From: Kofleriaceae bacterium
GTDB lineage: Bacteria; Myxococcota_A; Polyangia; Haliangiales; Haliangiaceae
Direction: 5' to 3'
Assembly: GCA_046597055.1 (NCBI GenBank)
Contig: JBKJLC010000037.1
Coordinates: forward strand, 32,001-96,000
DNA: 64,000 bases
Each line of letters begins with the position of its first letter. Position 1 is the first letter of the stretch. The notes below the pieces were generated by a model. It saw nothing but the letters and a program-made list of their open reading frames with translations, was not told where the DNA came from and did not search any database. A program made the position numbers and the translations under genes. Below, one piece after another: positions 28,684-38,478 of the stretch.

Positions 28684-30879
28684 ATGCGCGCATGCCTGCT
28701 ACCGATCTTGTTACTGACAATCACGGCATGCGAAGGCCCGGCCGGCCCACCCGGGCCGACCGGCCCCGGCGGTCCGATCGGCGACGATGGCGCCGTGGGG
28801 CCGGGCGGAGGTTCAGGTGATCCCGGGCCGAGCGGAACCTCGCCCTGGTTCACGGCCCCCGGCATCGATATCGAGGTCACCGAGCTCGCGGTGACGGCCA
28901 CGGCGGCCACCGTGAGCTTCACGCTCGACGACCAGGCCGGCGCCGGCGGGGTCGCGCTCGATCGTGAGGGTCGGCTGACCCAGAGCCCGGTGACGGTGAG
29001 CTTTGTGCTGAGCCAGCTCGCGGTCGACGGCGCCGGTCAGCCTGGCGGCTACACCGCGTACACGACCCGGCTGGTCGCGGGCGCGACCCAGGGCACGACC
29101 GAGGCGGTGGCGGCCAACTTCGAGACCGTGGCGGTCGCGCAGGGTAGCTACCGATACACGTTCGCGGCACCGCTGACCGGCTTCGACCCCACCCGCACCC
29201 AGACCGTCATTGCGATCGCCAGTCGCGCGGTGAATGGGGTGACTGGCTTCGACCGCGCGGTGCGATCGGTGCGGCCCGACGCCGGGACCATGGTCACCCG
29301 CGCCGTCGCCGATGATGCGAAGTGCGACGCGTGCCACGGCGGCTTCGCGGCCCACGGGGGGCGCTACGACGCGGTCGATCAGTGCGTGCTCTGCCACAAC
29401 CCGAGCACGAGCGACCCCGACACCGGCCAGACCGTCGACTTCCGCGTCATGATCCACAAAATCCACCGCGGCGCCGACCTGCCGAGCGTGATCGCCGGTG
29501 GCAGCTACCGGATCATCGGGTTCGGCGGCCGTACGTACGATTTCTCGACGGTGCAGTTCCCGCAGTCGATCGAGCGCTGCGACGCCTGCCACGGTGGTGC
29601 GCAGGGCGACTACTGGAAGACCAAGCCCGACATCGCGTCGTGCGCGTCATGTCACGACGACGTGAGCTTCGTCGATCCGGCCCCGGCCGGGATGGTCCGG
29701 CACGGCTACGGCGTGACCCCCGCGTCGCCTTGCAACGTCTGCCACGGCGCGACCACCGGCGTGGCGCCGCTGGTCGGCAGCCACAGCGACCCATCGTTCG
29801 ACACCAGCCGCGCGCTGGCCGTCACGATCGATCCGATGGCCACGTTCGCGCCCGGCAGCGCCCCGAGCTTCACCTTCCGGGTCACGCTCGATGGTCAGCC
29901 CCGCAACATCCTCGACCCGACCACGCCGCTGGCGCGCCTGTCCGCGATCATGGCCGGCCCCAACGGTGACTTCGCGAAGTACTGGACGGTCGGCACCAGC
30001 ACCAACCCGTACGTCCTGGGCCCGATCTTGCCCCGGCCGGCCACCGCCGACGGCAGCACGTTGACCGCGGTCGACGGCCCTGGCGGCGTGTTCTTGTACA
30101 CGTTTCCGCCCACGATCACGGTGCCGGCCGGCGCCACCGGCAGCTACACCATCGCGCTCGAGGGTGCGCTCAACGCCACCAACCCGCGCTTCGCGTTCAC
30201 CGCGCCCATGCGCGCGTTCGCGGTGACCGACGCGGTGGCGCAGCCGCGGCGCCAGATCATCGCCGCGGCGAAGTGCAACGGCTGCCACTTCGATCTGACC
30301 TTCCACGGTGGCAACCGCCGCGGCGGCGCCTACTGCGTGATGTGTCACAACCCCGAGAACGCCAACAACGATCGGGTGTCGCGCATCGAGGGCACCACCA
30401 TCCTCGCCGAGAGCGTCGACTTCCGCGTGATGATGCACAAGATCCACGCGGGCGAGGACCTGTCGCAGCCGTACCTGCTCGGCACCAGCCCCACCATCAA
30501 TCCCACCACCGGCGTCAGCGCCATGCGCGACTTCGGCGAGACCCGGTATCCGCGGTCGATCGCGACCTGCGAGGCGTGCCACCTGCCGGGCACGTTCACG
30601 CTGCCCGCGTCGGCCGGTCGCACGCCCAGCATCCTGCAGGAGCTCACCTGCACCGAGTCGGCCGACACCGACCCCAACACCTACTGCAACAGCCCGTTCT
30701 GGAACGTGACCCAGACCTTCCGGCTCGCGCCCGAGACGGCGACCTGCACCAGCTGTCACGACCAGCCGTACGTGGCAGTCCACGCGCAGCTCAACACCCT
30801 GCTCGGTGGTGCCGAGGCGTGTGCGACCTGCCACGGTCCCGGCTCGGCGCTCGACGTCGCGGTCGTTCACGCCCGCTGA
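28684..30879 (+). CDS. OmcA/MtrC-family decaheme c-type cytochrome lipoprotein
   Basis: 10 CxxCH in two blocks of five, DFRVMIHKIH, lipobox ITAC followed by GPAGPPGP linker. Confidence 0.9.
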   Translation: MRACLLPILLLTITACEGPAGPPGPTGPGGPIGDDGAVGPGGGSGDPGPSGTSPWFTAPGIDIEVTELAVTATAATVSFTLDDQAGAGGVALDREGRLTQSPVTVSFVLSQLAVDGAGQPGGYTAYTTRLVAGATQGTTEAVAANFETVAVAQGSYRYTFAAPLTGFDPTRTQTVIAIASRAVNGVTGFDRAVRSVRPDAGTMVTRAVADDAKCDACHGGFAAHGGRYDAVDQCVLCHNPSTSDPDTGQTVDFRVMIHKIHRGADLPSVIAGGSYRIIGFGGRTYDFSTVQFPQSIERCDACHGGAQGDYWKTKPDIASCASCHDDVSFVDPAPAGMVRHGYGVTPASPCNVCHGATTGVAPLVGSHSDPSFDTSRALAVTIDPMATFAPGSAPSFTFRVTLDGQPRNILDPTTPLARLSAIMAGPNGDFAKYWTVGTSTNPYVLGPILPRPATADGSTLTAVDGPGGVFLYTFPPTITVPAGATGSYTIALEGALNATNPRFAFTAPMRAFAVTDAVAQPRRQIIAAAKCNGCHFDLTFHGGNRRGGAYCVMCHNPENANNDRVSRIEGTTILAESVDFRVMMHKIHAGEDLSQPYLLGTSPTINPTTGVSAMRDFGETRYPRSIATCEACHLPGTFTLPASAGRTPSILQELTCTESADTDPNTYCNSPFWNVTQTFRLAPETATCTSCHDQPYVAVHAQLNTLLGGAEACATCHGPGSALDVAVVHAR

Positions 30880-32336
30880 TGTGGCACGCGGCGGCCATAG
30901 CGGCGGTGGTCGGCGCCGCGGCCGGCTGCGCCGACGAGCGCCGGCTCGCGGACGCCTGTCCCACCTGGCAGGCGGCGGTGGCCCCCGCGCTCGCCGGCTG
31001 CGCGAGCTGCCATGGCGGCGCCGCGCCCGCCGCGGGCTACGATCTCGGCGGCTACCTGGGCGCGCTCGGGCCTGGCACCGACGGAATCGCGAACGCGATC
31101 GCGGGCGACCCGGCCTCGGCGCTGATCGTGCGCGTGGATCCGGCGGTGGCTGGCGACGCCGCCCATGGCGGGCAGGGCACCCTCCACGGCCTGCTCCGCC
31201 GGTGGGTGGTCGAGTGCGAGCTCGGCTACCTCGACTCGACGATCCATCCTGCGGGCGTGCTCGATCCGGCCAGCCCGGACTTCCACGGCGCCGAGTTGCA
31301 GGCACGCGGCTGGGATCTCGGCCTGTGTGCCCAGTGCCACGGCGACGACTTCGCCGGTGGCGCGGCCGGCGCGTCCTGCACCAGCTGCCACACCGGTGGC
31401 CCCGACGCGTGCGACACCTGCCACGAGGCGGTGCCCACCACCGGCGCGCACGCCGCGCACGTCGGCACCGGCGCGGCCGACGTCGCGTGCGCCGGCTGTC
31501 ACCGGGTCCCGGCCCGGTGGGACGACGAAGGCCACATCCGTCGCGACGACGCCGGCGATCCGGCACCCGCCGAGGTCGAGCTGACCGGGCTGGCCACGGT
31601 CACCGTCAAGCCCGCCGACCGCGCCGGGCCGCCGGTCTTCGCGGGCGGCACCTGCCACAACGTCTATTGCCACGGAGCGGTGCTGGGCGCGGCCGGTGGC
31701 ACCACGCCCGAGCCGGCGTGGGCCCGCGATGCGCCGGGGCCGGCGTCGTGCGACAGCTGCCACGGCGCGCCGCCGCCGCGCCACGCCTCGCGTGACGCGT
31801 GCGCGGCCTGTCACCCGCCCGGCTTGCACCTCGACGGCATCACCCAGGTCGGTTCGGGTCCCGGCGACTGCAGCGGCTGTCACGGCAGCGCGGGATCGCC
31901 GGCGCCCCCTCGCGATCTGTCCGGCAACCTGTACACCACCGCGCTCGGGGTCGGTGCCCACCAGGCCCACCTGCAGGCGCCGAGCGGCCTGTCGGGGCCG
32001 GTCGCGTGCGCGGCCTGTCACCAGGTGCCCACGTCGGTCACCGCGCCCGGTCACCTCGATGATGACCGTCCGGCCGAGGTCGAGCCGACCCTCGGCTGGG
32101 ACCGGACCAGCGCGACCTGCGCCACCGCGTGGTGCCATGGCGACGCCCGGCCGGTCTGGACCGCGACCGGCGAGGCGGCCTGCGGCACCTGTCACGGGGT
32201 GCCCCCCACCTCGCCGCCACACGCCGCGACGATGACGCTCACCGCCTGCGCGGCCTGCCACCCGGCGACGATGGACGGCACCGGCCGCATCCTGGTCGGT
32301 GGCGCTCACCTGGATGGAGACGTCGATGCCCCATGA
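30879..32336 (+). CDS. multiheme cytochrome with CxxxxCH/CxxCH domains
   Basis: 11 CxxCH plus CHNVYCH and CATAWCH; GAHxAH motifs; lipobox AAGC. Confidence 0.88.
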   Translation: MWHAAAIAAVVGAAAGCADERRLADACPTWQAAVAPALAGCASCHGGAAPAAGYDLGGYLGALGPGTDGIANAIAGDPASALIVRVDPAVAGDAAHGGQGTLHGLLRRWVVECELGYLDSTIHPAGVLDPASPDFHGAELQARGWDLGLCAQCHGDDFAGGAAGASCTSCHTGGPDACDTCHEAVPTTGAHAAHVGTGAADVACAGCHRVPARWDDEGHIRRDDAGDPAPAEVELTGLATVTVKPADRAGPPVFAGGTCHNVYCHGAVLGAAGGTTPEPAWARDAPGPASCDSCHGAPPPRHASRDACAACHPPGLHLDGITQVGSGPGDCSGCHGSAGSPAPPRDLSGNLYTTALGVGAHQAHLQAPSGLSGPVACAACHQVPTSVTAPGHLDDDRPAEVEPTLGWDRTSATCATAWCHGDARPVWTATGEAACGTCHGVPPTSPPHAATMTLTACAACHPATMDGTGRILVGGAHLDGDVDAP

Positions 32337-32991
32337 CCCGTTTGCATGGGTGGCGCTGGCCGGCGCGGCGCTCGCGGTGCCCATCCTGCTGTGGTTCCTG
32401 ATCCGACGTCCGGCGCTCGGACGGTCGACCAAGATCATGCTCCTGCTCGGCATCGGCGGGTTCCCGCTGCTGACCGCCGGCACCGGCAACGTGGCTGGCT
32501 ACCAGGCGACCAAGACCCGCCGCTTCTGCGGGTCGTGCCACGTGATGACGCCGTACGCGGCCGACTCCGAGAACCCGACGAGCACGTCGCTGGCCTCGGT
32601 CCACGCGCGCAACCAGGCGTTCGGCCCCGAGAACTGCTACGCGTGCCACGCCGACTACGGGATGTTCGGGACCGTCACCACCAAGATCGGCGGTCTGCGC
32701 CACGTCTACGAGTACTCGTTCAACTTTCGACAGCTCTCGGTCGAGGAGGCGCTGCCGCGGATCCACCTGCTGCGGCCGTTTCGCAACGAGCGCTGCATGC
32801 GCTGTCACTCGAGCGCGGCGCCCCGCTGGAGCAAGGTGCCTGACCACGACGGGCTGGTCGACGAGCTGCGCTCCGACGCGGTCAGCTGCGTCGGGAGCGG
32901 ATGTCACGGACCGGCGCACCCGTTCAGCAAGCCGGCGGTCGTGGCGAAGCCGGCCGCGGCGCCGGACGTCTCGTCGCCGGGGGCCCCGTGA
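32326..32991 (+). CDS. NapC/NirT-like membrane tetraheme cytochrome
   Basis: Two TMs, FCGSCHVM, CYACH, KIGGLRH, CMRCH, CVGSGCH. Confidence 0.82.
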   Translation: MPHDPFAWVALAGAALAVPILLWFLIRRPALGRSTKIMLLLGIGGFPLLTAGTGNVAGYQATKTRRFCGSCHVMTPYAADSENPTSTSLASVHARNQAFGPENCYACHADYGMFGTVTTKIGGLRHVYEYSFNFRQLSVEEALPRIHLLRPFRNERCMRCHSSAAPRWSKVPDHDGLVDELRSDAVSCVGSGCHGPAHPFSKPAVVAKPAAAPDVSSPGAP

Positions 32992-33422
32992 GGACGCTGC
33001 TCCGCGCCGCCTCGGCGCTCACGCTGGTGGCGCTGGCGCTGATGGTGTGGTCGGTGCTGGTGCCGACCCCGATGCCGGTGATGCTGGCGATGTCGGTCGG
33101 CCAGGTGCTCGGCACGTCGGCGTTCGCGATGTTCGGCCTGGCCGTGCTGATCGATCTGCGGCGGTCGCGCCGGATGCAACGCGAGGCGCGCGGACTGCCG
33201 GGGCTGGTCGAGCTGTTGCGGCCGCCCGTGGGGGAGGCGACGGACAGTGGCGTGGATTCGTCGGGGGCGGCACCGGCATCGGCACCGGCACCGGCACCGG
33301 CATCGGCATCGGCATCGGCAGCGGCAGCGGCAGCGGCAGCGGCATCGGCATCGGCAGCGGCAGCGGCATCGGCATCGGCATCGGCATCGGCGGGTACGGT
33401 CGGGCCAGAGCGGTCGTCGTGA
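32988..33422 (+). CDS. two-TM membrane protein with Ala/Ser tail
   Basis: GTG overlapping the upstream stop; two hydrophobic helices. Confidence 0.7.
   Translation: MRTLLRAASALTLVALALMVWSVLVPTPMPVMLAMSVGQVLGTSAFAMFGLAVLIDLRRSRRMQREARGLPGLVELLRPPVGEATDSGVDSSGAAPASAPAPAPASASASAAAAAAAAASASAAAAASASASASAGTVGPERSS
33269..33388 (+). repeat. 20 tandem copies of the hexamer GGCANC
   Basis: GGCACC/GGCATC/GGCAGC array encoding AP/AS/AA dipeptides. Confidence 0.95.
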
Positions 33423-34594
33423 GCGCGCGCGAGGTACTGGCGCTGCTCGTGGTCATGGCGGCGCCGGCCACGGCTGACCCACTGCGGCTGCGCGCGGACG
33501 CGCTGGCCAGCACCCAGTCGCCGGTCGGGCTCCTGACGCTGGAAGGCGAGGGGGACGCCGCCGGCTGGCTCACGGCCGAGGCGCTGGTGTGGCTCGGCGC
33601 CGGGGTCGGGGTGGGTGACGACGTGAGTGGCGCCAGCGACGGTGATGCGCTGGTGATCGCGCTGCGGGCCCGGCGGCCCGGGGGCGCCGCCGAGGCGCGG
33701 CTGGGTCGCATGGTGATCGTCAGCGGCGCGCTGCGCCCGCTCCACCTCGACGGCGTGGCCGGCCGCGTGCGCCTGCCGCGCCGCATGGATGCCGAGGCGT
33801 TCGTCGGGGTGCCGGTGGTCGCCGGGGTGGGCGCACAGGCCTGGGACTGGGCGGTCGGCGGACGGGTCTCGCGCCGGATCGGCGACTGGGGTAGCGGAGG
33901 CGTCGCGATGCTGGAGCGCCGCGAGGTCGGCCGGCTCGCGGCCCGCGAGCTCGGCCTCGATGGCGGGGCCGCGGTCGGCCGTGGCGACATCGCGGGCAAG
34001 GTCGCGCTCGACCTGCTCGACGGCGGTGCCCCCGCGGTGGCCCTGGCCGAGGCCTCGGCCGGCACCCGCCGCAGCGCCTGGCGCGGCGAGCTGTATGGCG
34101 GGTTCCGGTCGCCGTCGCACCTGGTGCCGGCGACCTCGCTGTTCTCGGTCCTCGGCGACGTCACCTCGCAGCAGGGCGGCGCCCGGATCACGTGGCGCGC
34201 CGCGCCGCGGCTCGACCTGTGGGCCGACGCCGGGGTCCGCCGCATCGACGACGACCTGGCCGAGGAGCTGGCCGCGCGGGCAACCCTGCGCCTCGACGAC
34301 CGCGGCCGTGGCGCGCTGATCGCCGAGCTGCGGCGCAACGGCGACTGGACCGGCGGCCGCGCCGCGGCCCGGGTGCCGGTGGCGACGGCGTGGACGGTGT
34401 CGAGCGAGGTCGAGCTGGTGATCCCGGATCAGCCCGGTGCGCGCGCGGCGATCTGGCCTTGGGCGCTCGCCGCGCTCGGCTGGACCGGAGGGCCATGGGA
34501 CGTGGCGCTGGCGCTCGAGGCGTCGGTGGCACCCGATCAACGGGGCCGGCTCGATGCGCTGTGCCGGGTCGGCCGGCGCTGGGGCCTGCCATGA
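33419..34594 (+). CDS. putative outer-membrane beta-barrel (porin of a cytochrome conduit)
   Basis: Signal peptide, no heme motifs, many amphipathic beta-strands; embedded in the cytochrome operon. Confidence 0.65.
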   Translation: MSAREVLALLVVMAAPATADPLRLRADALASTQSPVGLLTLEGEGDAAGWLTAEALVWLGAGVGVGDDVSGASDGDALVIALRARRPGGAAEARLGRMVIVSGALRPLHLDGVAGRVRLPRRMDAEAFVGVPVVAGVGAQAWDWAVGGRVSRRIGDWGSGGVAMLERREVGRLAARELGLDGGAAVGRGDIAGKVALDLLDGGAPAVALAEASAGTRRSAWRGELYGGFRSPSHLVPATSLFSVLGDVTSQQGGARITWRAAPRLDLWADAGVRRIDDDLAEELAARATLRLDDRGRGALIAELRRNGDWTGGRAAARVPVATAWTVSSEVELVIPDQPGARAAIWPWALAALGWTGGPWDVALALEASVAPDQRGRLDALCRVGRRWGLP

Positions 34595-35649
34595 GCCGCC
34601 GCCGGATCACCGCGCTGGTCGCGTTCGCGGTCACGCTTGGCCTGATGGCGTGCGCGGGCGTGCTCGGCCTGCGCCGCCCCGGTGATGCCAGGGTGTTCCC
34701 GCATCGGGCGCACGTCGTCGCCGGGGTGTCGTGCGTGACCTGCCACGCCGGCATTGCCGAGGCCGGCGACGACGGGCCGCTGCACCTGCCCGACGACGCG
34801 TCGTGCGCGACCTGCCACCTCAAGCCGCATGATCCGCGGCCGTGCCTCGGCTGTCACACCGACGCGCTCGCCGCCGGCGGCGCCGCCGACGCGCGCGCCC
34901 ACCTCCGCTTCGAGCACGCCCGCCACCAGGCGGTCACCAAGGGCAACTGCATGCGCTGCCACCAGGCGGTCGCCGAGGGCGACACCCGGCTGCGCCCGCC
35001 GATGGCGGCGTGCTGGAGCTGTCACGAGCACGACCGCGCCCGCGACGTGCGCGACTGCCAGGCCTGTCACCTGGATCTCGCCGAGGAGGGCACGGCGCCG
35101 GCCTCGCACCTCGTGCACGAGGGCGACTTCGTCAACAACCACGGCGTGAAGGCCGCGTCGTCGTCGGACACCTGCGCGAGCTGTCATGCCGAGCGCTTCT
35201 GCGCGAGCTGCCACGGCGTCACCGCGGCGGCGGTCCCGGCCCGGCTGTCGCCGGGCAACCCGATGCGGGCCAGCGTGCACCGCGCCGGGTTCCGCGGTCG
35301 CCACGCCGACGAGGCCAAGGTCGCGCCGGGCGCGTGCGCGTCGTGTCATCAGCCCGAGCGGTGCGAGGACTGCCACCGTGCCGAGGGCGTGACCGGCGCC
35401 GGCGCGGCGACCCCGCACCCGCCGGGCTGGGTCGGGCTGACTGCGGGCGAGAACCGGCACGGCCGCGCCGCCCGCCGCGACCCGGCCGCGTGCGCGAGCT
35501 GCCACGGCGGCGCCGGCGAGGCGCTGTGCGTCGGCTGCCACCGCGAGGGTGGCGTCGGCGGCAGCCCGCATCCGCCGGGGTGGTCATCGCGCCTGCCGCT
35601 GGCCGCGCTGCCATGCCGGCTCTGCCATACCAGCGGTGCCCGCCCGTGA
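34591..35649 (+). CDS. cytochrome c3-like multiheme protein (13 CxxCH)
   Basis: FPHRAH, FEHARH, 13 CxxCH counted; lipobox LMAC. Confidence 0.88.
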   Translation: MSRRRITALVAFAVTLGLMACAGVLGLRRPGDARVFPHRAHVVAGVSCVTCHAGIAEAGDDGPLHLPDDASCATCHLKPHDPRPCLGCHTDALAAGGAADARAHLRFEHARHQAVTKGNCMRCHQAVAEGDTRLRPPMAACWSCHEHDRARDVRDCQACHLDLAEEGTAPASHLVHEGDFVNNHGVKAASSSDTCASCHAERFCASCHGVTAAAVPARLSPGNPMRASVHRAGFRGRHADEAKVAPGACASCHQPERCEDCHRAEGVTGAGAATPHPPGWVGLTAGENRHGRAARRDPAACASCHGGAGEALCVGCHREGGVGGSPHPPGWSSRLPLAALPCRLCHTSGARP

Positions 35650-37310
35650 GCGTGCGGGCGATCGCCGCGCTGGCGGTGATCCTCGGGCTCGGGGCCTGCG
35701 GTGGCACGCGGGGCGAGGACACGCCGGCGGTGCCGGTGACCTGGCACCAGGTGCGCGCCAGCCCGGGCCACATCGTCCACGTCACCAGCGGGGGCGTGCC
35801 GTGTCGCGACTGCCACGACGTGGTCAACGGCAGCTTCGCGCCGCCGGCGGCCGAGCTGTGCGTGAAGTGCCACGACGACGTCGTGACGCCGATGCACCCG
35901 GGGCAGCCCGGTGACCCCGCCGCCGCGCCCCCGCCGGCGTGCCAGGACTGTCACGGCTTCGGCGTCACCGCGCCGGCGACCCCGTGGACGTGCATGAGCT
36001 GTCACGAGCAGGCGCAGGGGACCTTCGTCCCGGCGGTCGGGGCCCACCGCGAGGAGGACTGCGGTCAGTGTCACCGCCCGCACGAGACCCCGTCGCTGGC
36101 GCCCCGCCCGTGCGCCGCGTGTCACGAAGACCAGGTCGCGCCTGGCGGCAAGCACGGCGCGAGCGAGCTCGGGGTCGACTCGTGCCTCGGCTGTCACCGC
36201 ACCCACGAGCCGGCGCTCGCGGCCGGCGATCGCTGCGTCGCGTGTCACGCTCAGCAGAAGAAGTCAGTCGGGCTCCGCGCGCTGTTCGCCGGGCATGACC
36301 AGTGCACGAGCTGTCACCAGCCCCACCGGTTCGCGGTTGCCGAGGTGCGCGCGTGCCGCGACTGCCACGCCGACGTCCGCGTGATCGCCGCCGCGGATCA
36401 CCAGGCGTGCGCGACCTGTCACCAGCCGCACCGGGCGGCCACGCCCAAGACCTGCACGTCATGCCACCGCGAGGTGGTGAAGCATCCCGCGCCGACGCCC
36501 GGCAGCGCGTGCCTGGGCTGTCACCCGCCGCACCGCGGTCCTCGCGGCGCGGTCGCGGTCAGCTGCGCCACGTGCCACGTCAAGGCGGGCCACGGCACCG
36601 CGACCTGCCGCGACTGCCACCAACCGCACGCCGCCGCGCCCGAGGCGGACGCGGCGCTGTGCGGAAAGTGCCATGCCGGCAGCGCCCGCAGCACCGCCGG
36701 CACCGGCCACGCCGCGTGCACGTCGTGTCATGTCGGCGCCTCCCACGGCCCGTCGCGTGACGCGCCGGCGTGCGCGACCTGCCACGCGCCGCAGGCCAGC
36801 TCGACCCGCGATGGTCCGGCCCGCGCCGGCCACGCCGCCTGCACCAGCTGCCACACCGGGGGACCGCACGGTCCTGCCGTGGCCACGCCGGCGTGCGCGC
36901 GCTGCCATCCGGTCGCGGCGAAGAGCGCGCCGGCCGGGCATCAGCGCTGCGAGGCCTGTCACGAGCCGCACTCCGGCGAGCGTCGCGCCGCCGCGACCTG
37001 CGCGAGCTGCCACGCCATGCCGGCGAGGCGCGGCCACGGCCCCCGCCTCGCGTGCGCCACCTGTCACCGCGCGCACGGCCCGGGAGGGCCGACCACCCCG
37101 CCGTCGTGCGCCTCGTGCCACCCGGCCGCCAGCCGCCCTGGGCTACACCGCGCGCCTGGCCACGATCGCTGCGACACCTGCCACGACGCGCACGAGGTCC
37201 GGCCCCGCGCCGACCGCGCGACCTGCGCGACCTGCCACGACGACCTGGCCACCCACGAGCCGACCGCGAAGACGTGCGCCGGGTGCCACCCGTTCGGCGA
37301 CGGCACCTAG
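35646..37310 (+). CDS. 27-heme cytochrome lipoprotein
   Basis: 27 CxxCH counted in 554 aa, repeating H-CxxCHxPH pattern; lipobox LGAC. Confidence 0.88.
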   Translation: MSVRAIAALAVILGLGACGGTRGEDTPAVPVTWHQVRASPGHIVHVTSGGVPCRDCHDVVNGSFAPPAAELCVKCHDDVVTPMHPGQPGDPAAAPPPACQDCHGFGVTAPATPWTCMSCHEQAQGTFVPAVGAHREEDCGQCHRPHETPSLAPRPCAACHEDQVAPGGKHGASELGVDSCLGCHRTHEPALAAGDRCVACHAQQKKSVGLRALFAGHDQCTSCHQPHRFAVAEVRACRDCHADVRVIAAADHQACATCHQPHRAATPKTCTSCHREVVKHPAPTPGSACLGCHPPHRGPRGAVAVSCATCHVKAGHGTATCRDCHQPHAAAPEADAALCGKCHAGSARSTAGTGHAACTSCHVGASHGPSRDAPACATCHAPQASSTRDGPARAGHAACTSCHTGGPHGPAVATPACARCHPVAAKSAPAGHQRCEACHEPHSGERRAAATCASCHAMPARRGHGPRLACATCHRAHGPGGPTTPPSCASCHPAASRPGLHRAPGHDRCDTCHDAHEVRPRADRATCATCHDDLATHEPTAKTCAGCHPFGDGT

Positions 37311-38025
37311 TACCAAGCGTCCGAAATAGCGTCACCGATACGCCGCGCCTCGCCGCCGATCGCTGCGTTGCCGTGCCTCGAGTTACAGGCAGTAACCCGG
37401 CGCATGCTGTGATCGTGCGTGGTTAACATCGGTTGGCACCTCGATGCTGCCACGCTGGCTGCCACGGGCTCTGCGGCAGCCTCCGTGGCGCGCTCGTTAC
37501 CTGGCTCGTTGCCGCGCTCGTCGGCTGGCTCGGCCCGCACACTGGGACGAGCGGGCGTTCGCTTGAGCAAGAAGGTCGACGGCATCGCGCCGGATTGGAC
37601 GGGTACCGCGCGGCGCTGCGCGGTTTCGGCACCGGTTTCGCGAAGGCCACCGGGGGGGCCGGGGCTACGGGAGGCGGAGGCAGTGGCGCCGGCTCGGACC
37701 TTGGTCGGCCTTCGGCGGTGCGCCGCACCATCGGTGACGGACAGCAAGCAGCGCAATGACGGCGCCGACCATCTGGCTCGCCCCGCGCACGTTGGATGCG
37801 CTCCGGTCCGACAGCGCCATCGCAAAAGCGCCTGCAGTTCTCTACCTGGCCGCGCACCGCATCCGCCCTTCTGCGCTCTCCAAAAGTGACCCACCTCTGC
37901 TCGCTCGCGGCCCCGCGTTGCGGGCGGTCGGCGCCGCGGCGACCCGCCCATCGGGCGTGACCCCTCTCTGCCCGTCCCGAACGGAGCCGTCGCGGTGGCT
38001 GCGCGGTGCGGGGCGACGGGTCGGG

Positions 38026-38142
38026 GAGCGGGCCAACGGGCCGGGGGAGCGGGCCAACGAGCCCCGCGAGCGGGCCAACGAGCGGGCCAACCAGCCCAGG
38101 GAGCGGGCCCGAGAGCGCGTCAGCGAGCGGGTCAACGAGCGA
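38026..38142 (+). repeat. GAGCGGGCCAAC direct-repeat array
   Basis: Exact copies at 38026, 38047, 38068, 38080; variants at 38101, 38113, 38125. Confidence 0.85.
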
Positions 38143-38478
38143 TTCCCGACCTGGTTGGCCAGCCCGAAGTCGTTGAACGCACGTGGGTTCGTGCTCGTTT
38201 CCGCGCTCCGCGAAGCCCCCAAATGCACCGCTCGCCCCGCCACGACGTCGCCGTTCACCCCGAGCTACTCGCTCGCCTGGTCGCTCCTAGTGGCAAGGGT
38301 GGCAAGACCAGCGAGTGTCACCGCTGGAAGTGGGCCTCAACCAGGCCGGTGGCGACATTTTGAGAACTCGCTCGTCTTCACCGACGCATCCGGCAGCGGG
38401 TGGCCCGTGCCGCCGAGAACCGCAACGTGGCAGGTCCTCGCTACGTCCCCTACCCTGCGGAGGGCGACGAGGGGTGGC

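Noticed and set aside
33047..33477. His/Arg-rich (HRHRHR) or GIGIG repeat proteins
   Set aside because: Alternative frames of the hexamer repeat; overlapping start/stop codons support the Ala/Ser frame and a barrel start at 33419
38026..38142. Repeat array as a CRISPR
   Set aside because: 12-bp units with 0-9 bp gaps, no unique spacers, no cas genes
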